Source: Octopus sinensis
Lineage: Eukaryota
Assembly: GCF_006345805.1 (NCBI RefSeq)
Contig: NC_042999.1
Coordinates: 143,406,001 to 143,470,000 of the forward strand
Reading direction: 5' to 3'
Length of the DNA stretch: 64,000 bases
Shown: positions 1 through 12,503 of the stretch, piece by piece
How positions within the stretch are numbered: position 1 is the stretch's first letter
Layout: every line of letters begins with the position of its first letter
Notes under the pieces: generated by a model
What the model saw: the letters and a program-made list of their open reading frames with translations, nothing else
Database searches by the model: none
What the model was told of the DNA's origin: nothing
Program-made: the position numbers and the translations under genes

Positions 1-343
1 AGCCCATCCCACTCAAAAAGTCCCTGAATAAGGGTTATTTAAAGGTATTGAATAAACATCAATGTTTCCAGAAGTGAATTATTCAAGCCCCAACGAATAC
101 CTCTCAACACATGGCTATGATGCACCCCCACTACTTCTGCTCGTGATTAGAGATGCACATATCGTCAGCCACCAAGGGACCATACTCAACTGGTAATGGT
201 CAAACAACTGACAAGCAAATCTGTGGTACTGAGCAGAATATCTGCTGTAGCCCATCTTTTATACCGAGATAAAACGTGTACATGATAACACTTCCAGTCA
301 GCTAAAAAGCCACGAGAACCAGTGCATGGCACTGCATGAGGGC

Positions 344-345
<2 letters not shown>
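1..345. repeat. Orphan interspersed repeat family X, partial copy (runs off the window start)
   Basis: Aligns by eye with 585-792 and 15760-16069 (ctgaataaggg...aacacatggctatgatgc...ctcaactggt...gtagcccatctttta); ends at a (TTA)n array. Confidence 0.8.
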
Positions 346-377
<32 letters not shown>

Positions 378-790
378 GAGTGAGAGAGCAGTGCATGTCA
401 TCAAAGTGACACTGGGGCAAAATATACGAAGCCCAGTATACCCATCATGACTACCCGTCTGATAAGGGTACACTAGTCACATGCATCACAACCATATGTG
501 CGCGACATGGTGATCTCATATCAAGATAAACAGCACATGACCTTGCAGGTGGGGCCCACTTAGAATTTTCTTCAGGTCGAGTAACCCATCCTGCTCAAAA
601 GGTCCCTGAATAAGGGTTGTTTAAGGATGTTAAATGAAACACCCATGTTTCCAGAGGTGAACTATTCAAACCCCAAAGAATCCCTCTCAACACATGGCTA
701 TGATGCTCCCCCACTACTTCTGCTCGTGATCAGAGATGCACATTTCGTCAGCCACTAAGGGACATGCTCAACTGGTTAAGGTCAAACAAC

Positions 791-792
<2 letters not shown>
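378..792. repeat. Orphan interspersed repeat family X, second tandem copy
   Basis: Direct repeat of 1-210 plus an upstream part shared with 15652-15760; flanked on both sides by (TTA)n. Confidence 0.8.
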
Positions 793-880
<88 letters not shown>

Positions 881-911
881 CATTATTATCATCATCATCA
901 TCATCATTATT

Positions 912-1130
912 GACTTGGTACAATCGTTAGCATGTCGGGAAAATGCTTAGCGGGGTTTCGTCCGTCTTTAGGTTCTAGGTTCAAACTGTGCCGAGATTGA
1001 CTTTGCCCTTCACTTTTTCGGAATCGATAAATTAAGTAGCAATCAAGTAATGGGGTCGATGTGATCGTCTATTCCCTCCCTTCAAATTCCAGGCCTTGTG
1101 CCTATAATACAAATGATTATTATTATTATC
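912..1130 (+). mobile_element. tRNA-derived SINE, family A (octopus-type)
   Basis: aatcgttagcatg...aaatgcttagcgg...gttcaaa...gactttgcc...gtcgatgtgatc...ggccttgtgcctata plus (ATT)n tail; similar copies at 2030, 17704, 54670 and 55492. Confidence 0.8.
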
Positions 1131-1282
1131 ATTTTTTCTTTTTGTCTCAGGTTTCGTTGTAATTCCTGGAGTCTTGCATATGTGAAGGGCTTGCTGTCTG
1201 CAGTCTACTGTACCATACTATCTGTTTTATTCAATCATCATCATCATCATCATCATCATCATTTAAGACCTTGGGCCTATTA

Positions 1283-1432
1283 TAGAACAAATTTTGGCAC
1301 AAGGCCAGTGATTTCGGGGATGGGATTAAGCCGATTACATCGACCACCCCGAATGTTCTACTGGAGCATTGGGGTCGATGTAATCGAAACCCGAAAGGGT
1401 AAAAGGAAAAGTCGACCTCGGTGGAATTTGAA
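1283..1432 (-). mobile_element. SINE family A, partial, with internal micro-inversion
   Basis: Reverse-strand match to the family A 3' half (ggcacaaggcc...gattacatcgacc...gtcgacctcggtggaatttgaa). Confidence 0.7.
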
Positions 1433-2029
1433 GTTGTTGTTATTATTGTTGTTGTTGTTGTTGTTATTGTTGTAGTTATTGTTGTTGTTGTTAATATTAT
1501 TGGTAATAATAATCGTTGTTGTAGTAGTCTTTTTCACCTTTTGTTAATCATCGTATCACTTCAATGATTTTATTTTCTAATTTTCTAATTCTTTTCCACA
1601 CACCTGCTTTTCATACATTTACCTCTTTTGTTGCTTACCCATCTACATTTATTTACTGTTGAATGTTTTATTTTCATTTTAATCCGAACTTAGACAGTTG
1701 TTGAGGGGGTAAAGAGGAATCCACCGACGTGTGACGCTGCTGTGAAGCCAGCCATTACATAAGCATTGCTAAAGTATATGTCTATCGACTTTCTACCAAC
1801 AATGCACATACATTCATTGAAAGTCATACAAACACACACGCACCAGCCCCGCCCCCAGGTATGCACGTGCACACAAACGCACATTCACTCATAGACACAA
1901 TCAATACTAAATATTCACGATCGTATATGCGGCTAAGAGAGTATTTTAGTTCTTATTTCTAGCAATCCGGCACTGTCAGTCACAATTAGAGATAATCGAA
2001 TTCTTCCTCTTCGGCTTTATATTGCTTAT

Positions 2030-2236
2030 AGCCGCCTTCGTTAACACGCCGGGCGAAATGCTTAGCTGTATTTCGTCCGTCTTCACGTTATGAGTTCAAA
2101 TTCTGCTGAGGTCGACTTTGCCTTTTATCCTTTCGGGGTCGATAAATTAAGTACCAGTGAAACACTGGGGGCGAAATATTCGACTAGTCCCCTCTCCCAG
2201 AATTTTAGGCATTGTGCCTATATTAGAAAGAGTTAT
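2030..2236 (+). mobile_element. SINE family A
   Basis: gttaacacgccgggcgaaatgcttagc...gagttcaaattc...gaggtcgactttgcc...ggggtcgataaattaagtaccagt. Confidence 0.8.
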
Positions 2237-2580
2237 TCTATTATTTTCACATTACCATTTTGCTGAATCGACCATTGATCTATATGGTAAATACTATATA
2301 CTGACAGTTGGGATTTGGTCAAGCGACTCAGCGATGGAGTAATCACCACTTAAGAGCTTTAATTTCAAGCGAAACTAGAATTCTAGTATGGTGATCTCAC
2401 TCGCTGTCGGGTGGTTAGCTCCCCTGTCAGTGCATAGACATGTATTTATTTGCGGCTAAGAGTGTATTTTACCTCTTATTTTTAGCAATGTAGGTGCTAC
2501 CCTGCACCGTCAGGCACAGTTAGTGACAATTAGTTTTTTTCTTTTTGGCTTTATATTGCTTATAGGCGTCTTCATTATTT

Positions 2581-2582
<2 letters not shown>

Positions 2583-2612
<30 letters not shown>

Positions 2613-2684
2613 TGTATGTATGTATGTATGTATGTATGTATACATGCATGTGTATGTGTGTGTGTATGTCTAGAAACATGTTTT

Positions 2685-2754
<70 letters not shown>

Positions 2755-2755
2755 A

Positions 2756-2814
<59 letters not shown>

Positions 2815-2915
2815 CATCCATCCATCCATTTATCCATCCATCCATCCATCCATCCATACATACATACATACATACATACATACATACATACATACATACA
2901 TACATACATACATAC
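2583..2915. repeat. Compound microsatellite (TATG)n-(TCTA)n-(TCCA)n-(CATA)n
   Basis: Directly visible tetranucleotide arrays. Confidence 0.95.
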
Positions 2916-2934
2916 GTATATATATATTCTTTTC

Positions 2935-3117
2935 CTTGTTTCAGTCATTCGATTGCGACCACGCTGAAGCACTGCCTTTAGTCGAAGAAATCGACCTAAG
3001 ACTTATTCTTTGTAAGCCTAGTACTTATTCTATCGGTCACTGTTGCCGAACCGCTAAGTCACGATGACGTAAACACACCAACATCGGTTGTCAAGCGATG
3101 GTGGGGGGACAAACACG
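2935..3117 (-). mobile_element. SINE family B, 3' half (resembles octopus OR2/CORE-type SINE)
   Basis: tttcagtcatt...gcctttagtcga...tgtaagcctagtacttattctatcggtc...gccgaaccgctaagt...gtaaacacaccaacatcggttgtcaagcg; family assignment is from memory. Confidence 0.65.
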
Positions 3118-3135
3118 GACACACAAGCACGCACG

Positions 3136-3203
<68 letters not shown>

Positions 3204-4084
3204 ACACACACACACACACACAGGACCTGTCCTGTTTTTCCTTTCCTTCTAATTGTTGTTTTACCCGTCCACCTTTGTATCTTCTAGCTGCCCGGATATT
3301 TTATTGTCTTCTATTGTGTTCTTGTTCCTCTTTTCATACTTATATATTCACATATAGCGGCGTACGTACACTTTTGCTCACCTTATAAGTAAACGTGTAT
3401 CTAAATTTTGTACGATACTTTTACTCTGTCTTGAATATAAAATATTGGCCTATCTTCGGTAGCTATTTCAAGAAAATTAACTCAAACTGCAATTCGATTA
3501 TGAGTTGTCATCCTTACTTTTGTTTGGCATAGTTAAGCATTGTTTAACAATGTTTCTTATCTCAATACAGTTATAATTAATTGGAATGTAGTTGAAGTAG
3601 GTACACTTTGATAGTGTTAACTCTCAAGTAATACTTTTACTTGAGAGTTAAGTTCGTTTCGATGTTCGTTCCGTTTAATAATGGCGATTTTTATGACTTA
3701 TTAATGATATAAAACATATATACGTATATATATACATTTAGATTTTCATTTAGATATATATATATACACTTAGATATAGATTTTCTGATGAAACTACAGG
3801 AGTAGTTGAAAGCGCTAATATGAAGTAATAATATATTATATGTAAATAAATATATATTTTTACAACCATCCAGCATTCTGAACATCTTTTTTCTTTCATA
3901 TATATTAAATCTGTACATCACCCTCAATACTTCTAATATATATACATACATATACATTCACACACACACACACGCACACGCACACACACTCACATGCGTG
4001 CACACACACACACACACACACACCACACACACACACACACACATAAGTATAGTAAATCCCAAAAAGAAGAAAACACACAAAAAA

Positions 4085-6700
4085 CAACACAAGGACATGT
4101 AAAGTATTAGCAGACGCTCAGGGAAGGAAAGAAAGATGGTTTAACGTTTCAAGCAACGCTCTTCTTCAGAAACAGAAAAATCCGATAGAAAGGAAAGCAG
4201 GGGAAGAAAATTGCCAACAATTCACTTGTGGTTACTTTTTGAAATGACCGGAAGGAAATGAGTGAAAAAAACGTTCTAAGATAGAAGAGTGTAAGAGAAG
4301 GAGGCATGTGTGGATATGTGTCTGCGTGCAAGTCTGTGTGTGTGTGTGTAATAGCACGTGTGTGAGCGTATGTGTGTGTATGTGTTGTGTGTTTGGTTTT
4401 GGGGCGGTTTTGGCTGTGTTTTATGTAGTTGTGTCTCTTCACTTGTGCGTAGAGAATGGTCAGTAGAAAGATGTTTGACTGGCAGATTGAAGTATGTGTG
4501 TGCGTGTATGTACATGTGTATGTGTGTTTTTTGTGCAGTGTGTGCATACTTCTGTGTGTGTGCGTGTGTGTGTGTATGTGTGTGTATGTGTGTGTTTGTG
4601 TGTGTATGTGTGTGTTTGTGCGTGTGTGTATGTGTGTGCGTGGGGTTGTGTGTGTGGAGTATATGTGCGCTCCTGTGTGTGTTCGTGTGCGTGCGTGTAT
4701 GTGTGTGTATATGCCCATGTATGTGTAGTTGTGTACGTGTATGTATGAGTGTGTGTATGTGTGTGCGTGTGTATATGTGTGCGTGTGCATGTGTGCGTGT
4801 GTGTGTGTGTATATATATGTGTGTGTGTGTGAACGTTGCGTTGTTTGTGGAAGTATATGTACGTACTGTGCCCGTATGCGCGTGCGTGCGTGCGCGCGTG
4901 TGTGTCTACTTAGGTGTGTGTACGTGTGTGTGTATGTTCGTGTAGTTGTGTGTACGTGTGTGTGTATGTAGATGTGTGCACGTGTGTGTACGTGGAGTTG
5001 TGTGTGTTTGGTATGTGTGCGCATGCGTATGTGTGTACATTTGTGTATGTACGTGTGTGTGTATGTGAGTGTGCGTGTATGTACGTGTGTGTGTGCGCGC
5101 ATGTATGTGTGTGTTGTGTGTGCTGTGCGTGTGCATGTATATGTATGTTGTGTGTGTGGTATGTGTGGGAGGTATATGTGCATTGATGTGTATGCGCGCG
5201 CGTGTATGTGTGCGAGTGTGTGTGTATGAACATGTGTGTATGTAATTGTGTGCCTGGGGTTGTGTTATGTGGAGGTATATGTACGTTCCTGTGTTCGTGT
5301 GTGTATGCACGTGTGTACATGTGTATGAGCGTATGTGTTTGTGCATATATGTGTGTGTTTTTGTATGTGCATGTATGTGTATTGTGTGTGTGTATGGGAG
5401 GTATATGTGCGTTTATGTGTGTCCACGGGTGCGTGTATTTTTCGTGTGTGTGTATGTGTACGTGGGTGTATGTACGTATGCGTGTATAGAGAAATAAAAT
5501 AAAATATAAAATAAGATCGATAAATAAAGGGGGAAAGGGGAAAAAGGTACACGATGTAAAAATTTTTTTTAAATAACAGATACAAGAAAAAGAAAAATTA
5601 AATAAAAATTAAAGGTACAAAATAGAAATTAATAAAATTATAAAAATATAAGGCAATTAAAAATGTTAAACAATTCGACGGAACGAAAACGATAAAAAAT
5701 CGAGAAAGGAGTAACAGTGTAAAAAAGTGAGTATAAGAGAAGATAAAATAAGATGAAATAAAATAAAATAAAATAAAATAAAATAAAATGAATTAAAAAG
5801 ATGCTTTTTTTAAGGAGTTTGTGGGGACAATCGTTAAGTGTTGTGTTGAGTCCGAAAGGTATTTGTGCTTGTAGACTGAAAATGTAACGCTGTTCCAGGC
5901 GGAGTTGCGAGTGTGTGGATACGTGGTGCAGGGCGAGGCCAAAGACGGATATATTAGAGGGGAGAGGTTGGCCAAGCAGAAATGACGGGCGACGGGGGTG
6001 CTCGTGCGTAGCCGAACATCTCTTAGATATTCGGTGAATTTATTGCAGAGATTACATCTAATGCAACAGATAAGGCTTGAAGAGGTGCAGGAGAAGGAGT
6101 TTCTAATGTGGAGAGTGTGCTTGTTGGATCCAGTGAGGGTGGTGGTGTTGGTGATGAAAGGGCAGGTGTAGCAGCGGGTTCTAGAGCAAGGGAAGGACCT
6201 GGGGTGGAGAGGAGAAGGTTCTACGGATCAGTAGATCGCGTAGGTTCCGAACGCGTTTAAAGGACAAGGATGGGTTGTGGAAAATGGGGTGGGGTGGGAT
6301 CTAACTGGAGACGACGGTAGGCCGTAGGATCCCCCGACAAAACGCGGACAAGGCAGTTGGACAAGGGATGAGGGATTTGAACAGGCGGGCAAGGTATTGG
6401 GACTGGGTCTCGAAATACTAGTCCCGGCTGCACAAGCGTCGGAGGCAGAGGAACTGGGCGTAGGGGATGGTCCATTTGGTTTGGGAGGGATGGGAGGGGA
6501 GGATTTGAGGCAGAGGTGGGAATCTGTGGGTTTGAAGAAGGCGGGGGTGGTGAGAGAGATGTCTAGGAAGTTAAACGAGGTGTTAGAGATGGTACAGGTA
6601 AATTGGAAATAATGATGAAAGTTAGAGAAGAAAGAAATGAAGTGGCAGAGTTGTTCGCGGGAGAGGAAGATGGCACCTATACAGTCGTCTATGTAGCAAC
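4085..6700 (-). mobile_element. 5'-truncated Penelope-like element (Neptune-type): RT C-terminus, GIY-YIG endonuclease, CA-rich tail and hammerhead-bearing terminus
   Basis: Minus frames give CYIDDCIGA...FSNFHH...FTCTISNTSFNFLDISL...FKPTDSH (RT, 6400-6700), PFPCSRTRCYTCPF (Cys linker) and SCTSSSLICCIRCNLC...PVARHF...LEQRYIFSL...PFGLN (GIY-YIG, 5790-6200), with frameshifts. The terminal segment 4085-4260 matches 52445-52640. Linking the coding part to the terminus as one element is an inference. Confidence 0.8.
4113..4169 (-). ncRNA. Hammerhead ribozyme-like core in a PLE terminus
   Basis: Minus strand: CTGAAGA-A-GAGC gtt GCTT-GAAACGTT...AGCGTC. Confidence 0.6.
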
Positions 6701-6797
6701 CATATACAGACACACACACACGCACTCATGGCACTCACTTGCATACACTCACACACTCAAATATATGTTGGTATTCACATATATGCACGACGGTGTG

Positions 6798-6828
<31 letters not shown>

Positions 6829-6984
6829 ATGCGATGGAAATGCCACAACAGATGTTGACAGAAAAAGGACCACCTGACCAGCGGACCGACCGCATCCAGA
6901 AAGTGAATTAACAAGCGCGCTCAGTCACAAACCAGGCAAGTCATGAACCAGGCGATGTGTACAATATAAGCGCTCGCCACCTCC

Positions 6985-8300
6985 GTTCTACCTTTCAGTC
7001 TATTTCTGGACATGATTGACTTTCTGTTGCTTCTTTCCAGTCTTTGTTCACCTGGAGGTCCGGATCAAACCAGAACTCGAGCAACTTAACTGATCCGCCA
7101 TACCAAAGCTCATCGTCGCGGCAAGGATTTGTCTCACTTGGTTCTGAGCTAGCCCACTGACATTTCCTGTTTAATTTTTGCTCGTGTTTCCGCTTAGTAC
7201 TCCCTCAGAGCAACGCTGATCAACTCAATGGATTTGATATCTGACACTAATATAGAAACATCGTCCGTATATACTGACAAAGCTCTTCCACATCTAGTTC
7301 ATGCAGGATGTCACTCGAAGCCTCTAATTACTACACTAGTGGATCGGGCGCCAATGCATTCAATGGGGTGACAGGGAGCAACCTCGACTGAGAGAATGCA
7401 TAATACTAAACAGTTCCGATATTTACTCTGACCACGAAGAGATGTCACTGCACACTGCAGCTATCCAGTCTCTGAAGACGGGATCGAACCCAGCTGCCGT
7501 GAGGACAGCCACCAAGTATTGATGATCAACCCCATCGAAAGGTTTTAATTGATATAAATTGATCAGGCTTTCACGCATACCAGTTCTTTACCTACTCTTC
7601 CCATGTTTTTTCACCTGAGGTGGAGATTGTCGTTGATAGATCTGTTTGGTATAGTGCATATCTTTGCCTCACCTACCAGTGTATCGACGACAAACACTAA
7701 CCTCTTGGTTAGCACTGATTAAAATATTTAATTAAATTTTTAACTCTGCATTTAGCGTGGTTACAAGCCTGAAATGGTTAAAATCATTCTTCTTAGCCAG
7801 GTCCTTCCTCAGTATTTCGCAAGACTAGGGAATCTCCCATTCAGTTGTCAGTTGCAGTAGACATCTGCCCACAGTCTCTCGAGTAAGTCTGGTATATGAA
7901 GATAAAGCTCATCCAGTCCCGGCAACTTCTGCTTCGTGGGACTAGCCAATATTTTCCGTATTTGATCATCTATTATCGGCCTTTTGCAGCACTCCGCATC
8001 CGTAGCATAGAGCCGCAGCAAGGTCGTTGCTGAAGGCAATTAAAGTTCGCCCACACTTCTGATCCGCCACCCGCTGCAAGCAGTTCTGCAAAGTGACACT
8101 GAAAAGCCGCGCTCATCTGCCTGGAATGGTGTAGCTCGGGTCCTGCCCGATCCGACAAAGACTGAATTGTAATGTTTGCACGATGCGTTCGTCGAAAAGC
8201 TTTCGTTTTCTCACGTCTTAGAGTAAGCTTCCAAGCGTTGAAAACGCAGCCTTCATACTTCGCATTGAAGAATTGTCTACAGCCAATCTCACCATCAACA
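6985..8300 (-). mobile_element. L1/Tx1-clade LINE RT fragment (decayed)
   Basis: Minus frames: KLPGLDELYLHIPDLL...ADVYCN; FRLVTTLNAELKI; KPFDGVDHQYLVAVLTAAGFDPVFRDWI; SRGCSLSP; many stops and frameshifts. Confidence 0.8.
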
Positions 8301-8399
8301 CAGTATCTTTTAATTAGGCCTCTACTAGGTTCCTAACTAGTTCTCCCTCTATTCTAGAATTCTCAATCCCTACTTCGATTCTAATCTAATTTCCCTTCT

Positions 8400-9290
8400 C
8401 ATCGGCTCCAAGTTTTCCAATCCGATCTTTATAAGCTTGGTGCGCCGCACCAAAGTCGACTGTACAAATCACAAATTTGTGGTCTGGATTATGGGCGTTC
8501 TAAGCCATTACTCTCTAGTGGTCCACAGAATATTCTGTCTACACATTGTCAAAATAAACTTGTTATTTGCCCATATCCGCACTGACTCACGCTGGAATTT
8601 AAATCGGTGCTTATCTGTCAGTTGGCAATATCTGAGCAGGTTTGTAAGGCTTTTGTACGCCCTCTACAATCAATTAGTCTCACACAAGCTAAACGTGCAT
8701 CCAAGATGGCTTTCCAATCGTGCATTATCACTAAATAGTAGAACGTTCCGAGGAAAATCTCTAGACGTCTGGTTTTGGGGAATGATGGAGTTGAACAATA
8801 AATCTGTTTGCCTTTCTTGTCGTGCTTTAGATGTTTTGCATCTCAGATAGAATTGTTGTCAACAACTGTATGCATGCATGTATCGCTTCGGATGACGTAA
8901 ACAGGAACAGCGAAATAGTGGTATTCGTCAATCATAACTCTTTCCTAATACTTATCCTCTATACATTGCTAGAGTGGAATTTCTACCGACTGTAAGTCCA
9001 ATTGGTTAAGGATTGTGAGCATCTTGAGAAATTCCAAATGCCAGGCACTCAATCTTTTCTTTAATCAGGTCTGCATCTCCTGCCATGAAAATAACTGTAG
9101 AAAGACGTACCATGAGAACAGAGGCGACGCCAATTTCAACATTCAGGAATCTCTACAGATGGTGTGGCTACACTGTATATCTGTGCATCAGAGATTTTTG
9201 AGGATTTGGTATGCCGTTGCATACCAAACTTATGGGCCACCTGACGGATGGAACACAGCCCTTCCGCATGAAGCGTACAAATAAACCCTC
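8400..9290 (-). mobile_element. Highly decayed IS630-Tc1-mariner superfamily transposase remnant
   Basis: Minus-strand pieces SIRQVAHKFG (HTH-like), DFPRNVLLFSDNARL (first D), KFQRESVRIWA and DFGAAH resemble NVLFSDEA, FSVNVWAG and DGAPAH motifs; by eye only. Confidence 0.4.
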
Positions 9291-9499
9291 CAATCAGGTC
9301 ATATGGGGACTAGGGTAAGGCATAACGGCCAGGCGGGGAATTATGAGGGAGGCGATGTAAGCATACATCACATCGGCTCTACAGCTTTTTTTGGTCAAGA
9401 CTGGCCAGCCTGGTCGTTACCTTGTCTCAATTCCTACCTATATGGGGGACCGAATCGAAAAAGGTCGCGATTTAAATCTATCGTGTCAACTGAAAAAAA

Positions 9500-9537
<38 letters not shown>

Positions 9538-9737
9538 ATCGTCATTGTTATCGCTACTGTTACTCACTTCAATATTTCCTCATTATTTAGTTATGGGTAT
9601 CTAAGTCTTTCGTCACACTCCTTTGAACCATTCATTGATAACTGCCACTGGTGTGTGACAAATGACTTCCATATTATTAAGCAAATAATGGGATACTAAA
9701 GAAGTTAATAATGCTAATAATAATTATCAACAATGAT

Positions 9738-9960
9738 GATGGGGCTGGACAAATGTGCCAAAGCTACAATAAGAATAGGCAAATTATCTAAAACTGAGGA
9801 CATTAAAATATAGACATTGAAATGAGAGAATTAAACCAGGAAATCCAATACAAATACATACGTCTAGGTGAAACAGCTAAGATAGAACACATAGATATGA
9901 GACACAGAAAACAAGTCAGACTAATATTGCTGGTGAGTTCAATGTTAGATTCAAACTAAT
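9738..9960 (+). mobile_element. R4/Dong-clade LINE RT fragment
   Basis: GLDKCAKATIRIGKL...IEMRELNQEIQYKYI...RLIL; preceded by a degenerate (TAA)/(TGA) array. Confidence 0.65.
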
Positions 9961-10090
9961 ACTAGTACAGCTTCAAAATAATACTTCGGAAGTTTAAGTC
10001 AATTGAAAATTTCACATAATAAAGCTTCTAAGCGAATTTTAGAAGACCCAGCAAGGATGCATGCATGCACACACACACACACACACTCGC

Positions 10091-10138
<48 letters not shown>

Positions 10139-10236
10139 GTACACGCACACAGATACACACATACACAGATACACACACAGATATAATATAGTAACTCAAA
10201 AGCTATTTAAGGAATAGATACATATGTATACATGTA

Positions 10237-10355
<119 letters not shown>

Positions 10356-10490
10356 CTCTGTCTTCTGCCCGTATGACTGTCTGTCTGTCTATTGTCTGCC
10401 TTTCTCTGAGTGTCTCACTGTATGCGCATATGTGATTGTGTACGTCTGTCTTTGTTACTATGTTTCACTGCCCTGCCACCTCTCTCTCTC

Positions 10491-10523
<33 letters not shown>

Positions 10524-10526
10524 ATA

Positions 10527-10571
<45 letters not shown>

Positions 10572-11050
10572 AGAGAAAGAGAGAGAGGGAGAGAGAGGGA
10601 GAGAAAGAGAGGAAGAGAGAGAGAGAGAGAGAGAGAGAGCGATTTCTAAATATTTGTTCTTTTATCGTTGATCAGTCTTACTAATGAAAAGGGTTCGATG
10701 ATGATTCTAGAAATATTACGTTAGAAAAGATTAAATTGGTTGTTTTTGCTTGTACTGAGTAATGACATGATACACATGCAGTCACACAACTAGACAAATA
10801 CATACACTCACAAGCACTCGTAGTATTTTAATCACTCTCTCTACACATACACGCACACACACATACACATGTGAAAGTAGCTACACAAATTCACATAAAG
10901 CAAATCGCAAATAAATGTGTGCGTCTGTGCATGCGCACATGAGACACACACACATAACACATACACACATATATAAGGATCTTTTTCTATATATATGTAT
11001 ATATACATATACATCCTATATACGTGTATATGAACATATGTGCATATATA

Positions 11051-11226
11051 CCGTATTTTAAAATGTATAATGAACCCTCGTGTATAAGGAAACCCTTAAG
11101 TTGGGGGGCTTAAAATTTGGAAAAAAGTTTTGTAAGGGATTATAATGATATCCGTGTATAAGAAGCTTCCATATTATTTACCTAATTTTTGACAAAAATG
11201 GGTTCCTTATACACATTAAAATACGG
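11051..11226. mobile_element. 176-bp MITE, Tc1/mariner superfamily (pogo/Tc2-like CCGTATTT ends)
   Basis: TA|CCGTATTTTAAAATGTATAA ... TTATACACATTAAAATACGG|TA: imperfect terminal inverted repeats with TA target duplication. Confidence 0.8.
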
Positions 11227-12104
11227 TACATTATAAATACATACATGGATGCCTAAGTATTAAAATACAAGCATATTCAAATATGTGAACATATTTGTCC
11301 TTAAATACAAGAATTACCCATACACAAACGAAGATGTTAAAATATATGCACATGCAGAAATACAAACATTCATAAACACAATATGTACGAATATACGATA
11401 AATACAGACATATTTAAACATAAATTCGAACACTTATAAGAAGACACGCTTTCAGAAGTATACATAGATTTGTAGAAGAACACACGCACATACACAAATG
11501 CATGTAGATTAAATAGAAACACATACGTAGTGAGACCTACACGTAAACACTCGCATTCATATGCAAGTACACAAGTTTACAATACACTCACATTCAATAC
11601 AAGAGCATGCACTTCTTTACAAACAGTTAACTATGCACTCACATAGCCGTCGTTGAATGGACGCCTTAACTATAACGATCTGAAAGACTGTTCTATGTAT
11701 TCAACGATAGCAGACGCATTTAATTCCCACATTCTCTCAAATAGATTCACACACACATACACACACACGCACACACACACACAGACTTGCACACATAGAA
11801 ACGAGCATACACGCGCGTGCGCACACACTGGCATGCTCATATCATGCACACACATTCATGAAATATGAATATATATATATGTCTTAGTGTGTGCGTGCGT
11901 GCGTGCATGTGCGTGTGTTTGTGAGAGTGTGCGTATCTATGTTTATGCATGTGTGCAACACAATAATTATAAGAGTGTGTATACATTTGTGCGTTCATTT
12001 TCATCTTCGTCGTTTGTGCGTGAGTGGCTCGTTTGCAGTCTGAATTGCAAACAGCTAACAACAAAGACACACACAACCGTAACAAAAGCCCGGCATTATT
12101 AACA

Positions 12105-12212
12105 GCGCATTCACCTCCAGCCCCATCACCATCACCGACACCATCACCATCACCATCACTACCACAGCAACAGCCATCACGACAATCAACCCACTATAAA
12201 CAACAACAGTAA

Positions 12213-12265
<53 letters not shown>

Positions 12266-12346
12266 GACGACGACGACGACGACGACGACGACTACTACTA
12301 CTACAACTACTACCACCATCACTACTACTACTACTACCACCACCAT

Positions 12347-12397
<51 letters not shown>

Positions 12398-12400
12398 CAT

Positions 12401-12467
<67 letters not shown>

Positions 12468-12469
12468 GG

Positions 12470-12503
<34 letters not shown>
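12105..12503. repeat. Compound trinucleotide array (CAC/CAT, TAC, GAC, TGC)
   Basis: Directly visible. Confidence 0.95.

Noticed and set aside
4149-5585. Long ORFs such as the 344-aa HT-rich and VC-rich frames (also 25.9-26.5 kb and 62.2-63.2 kb)
   Set aside because: Translations of CA/TG/CATA simple repeats, which lack stop codons by composition.
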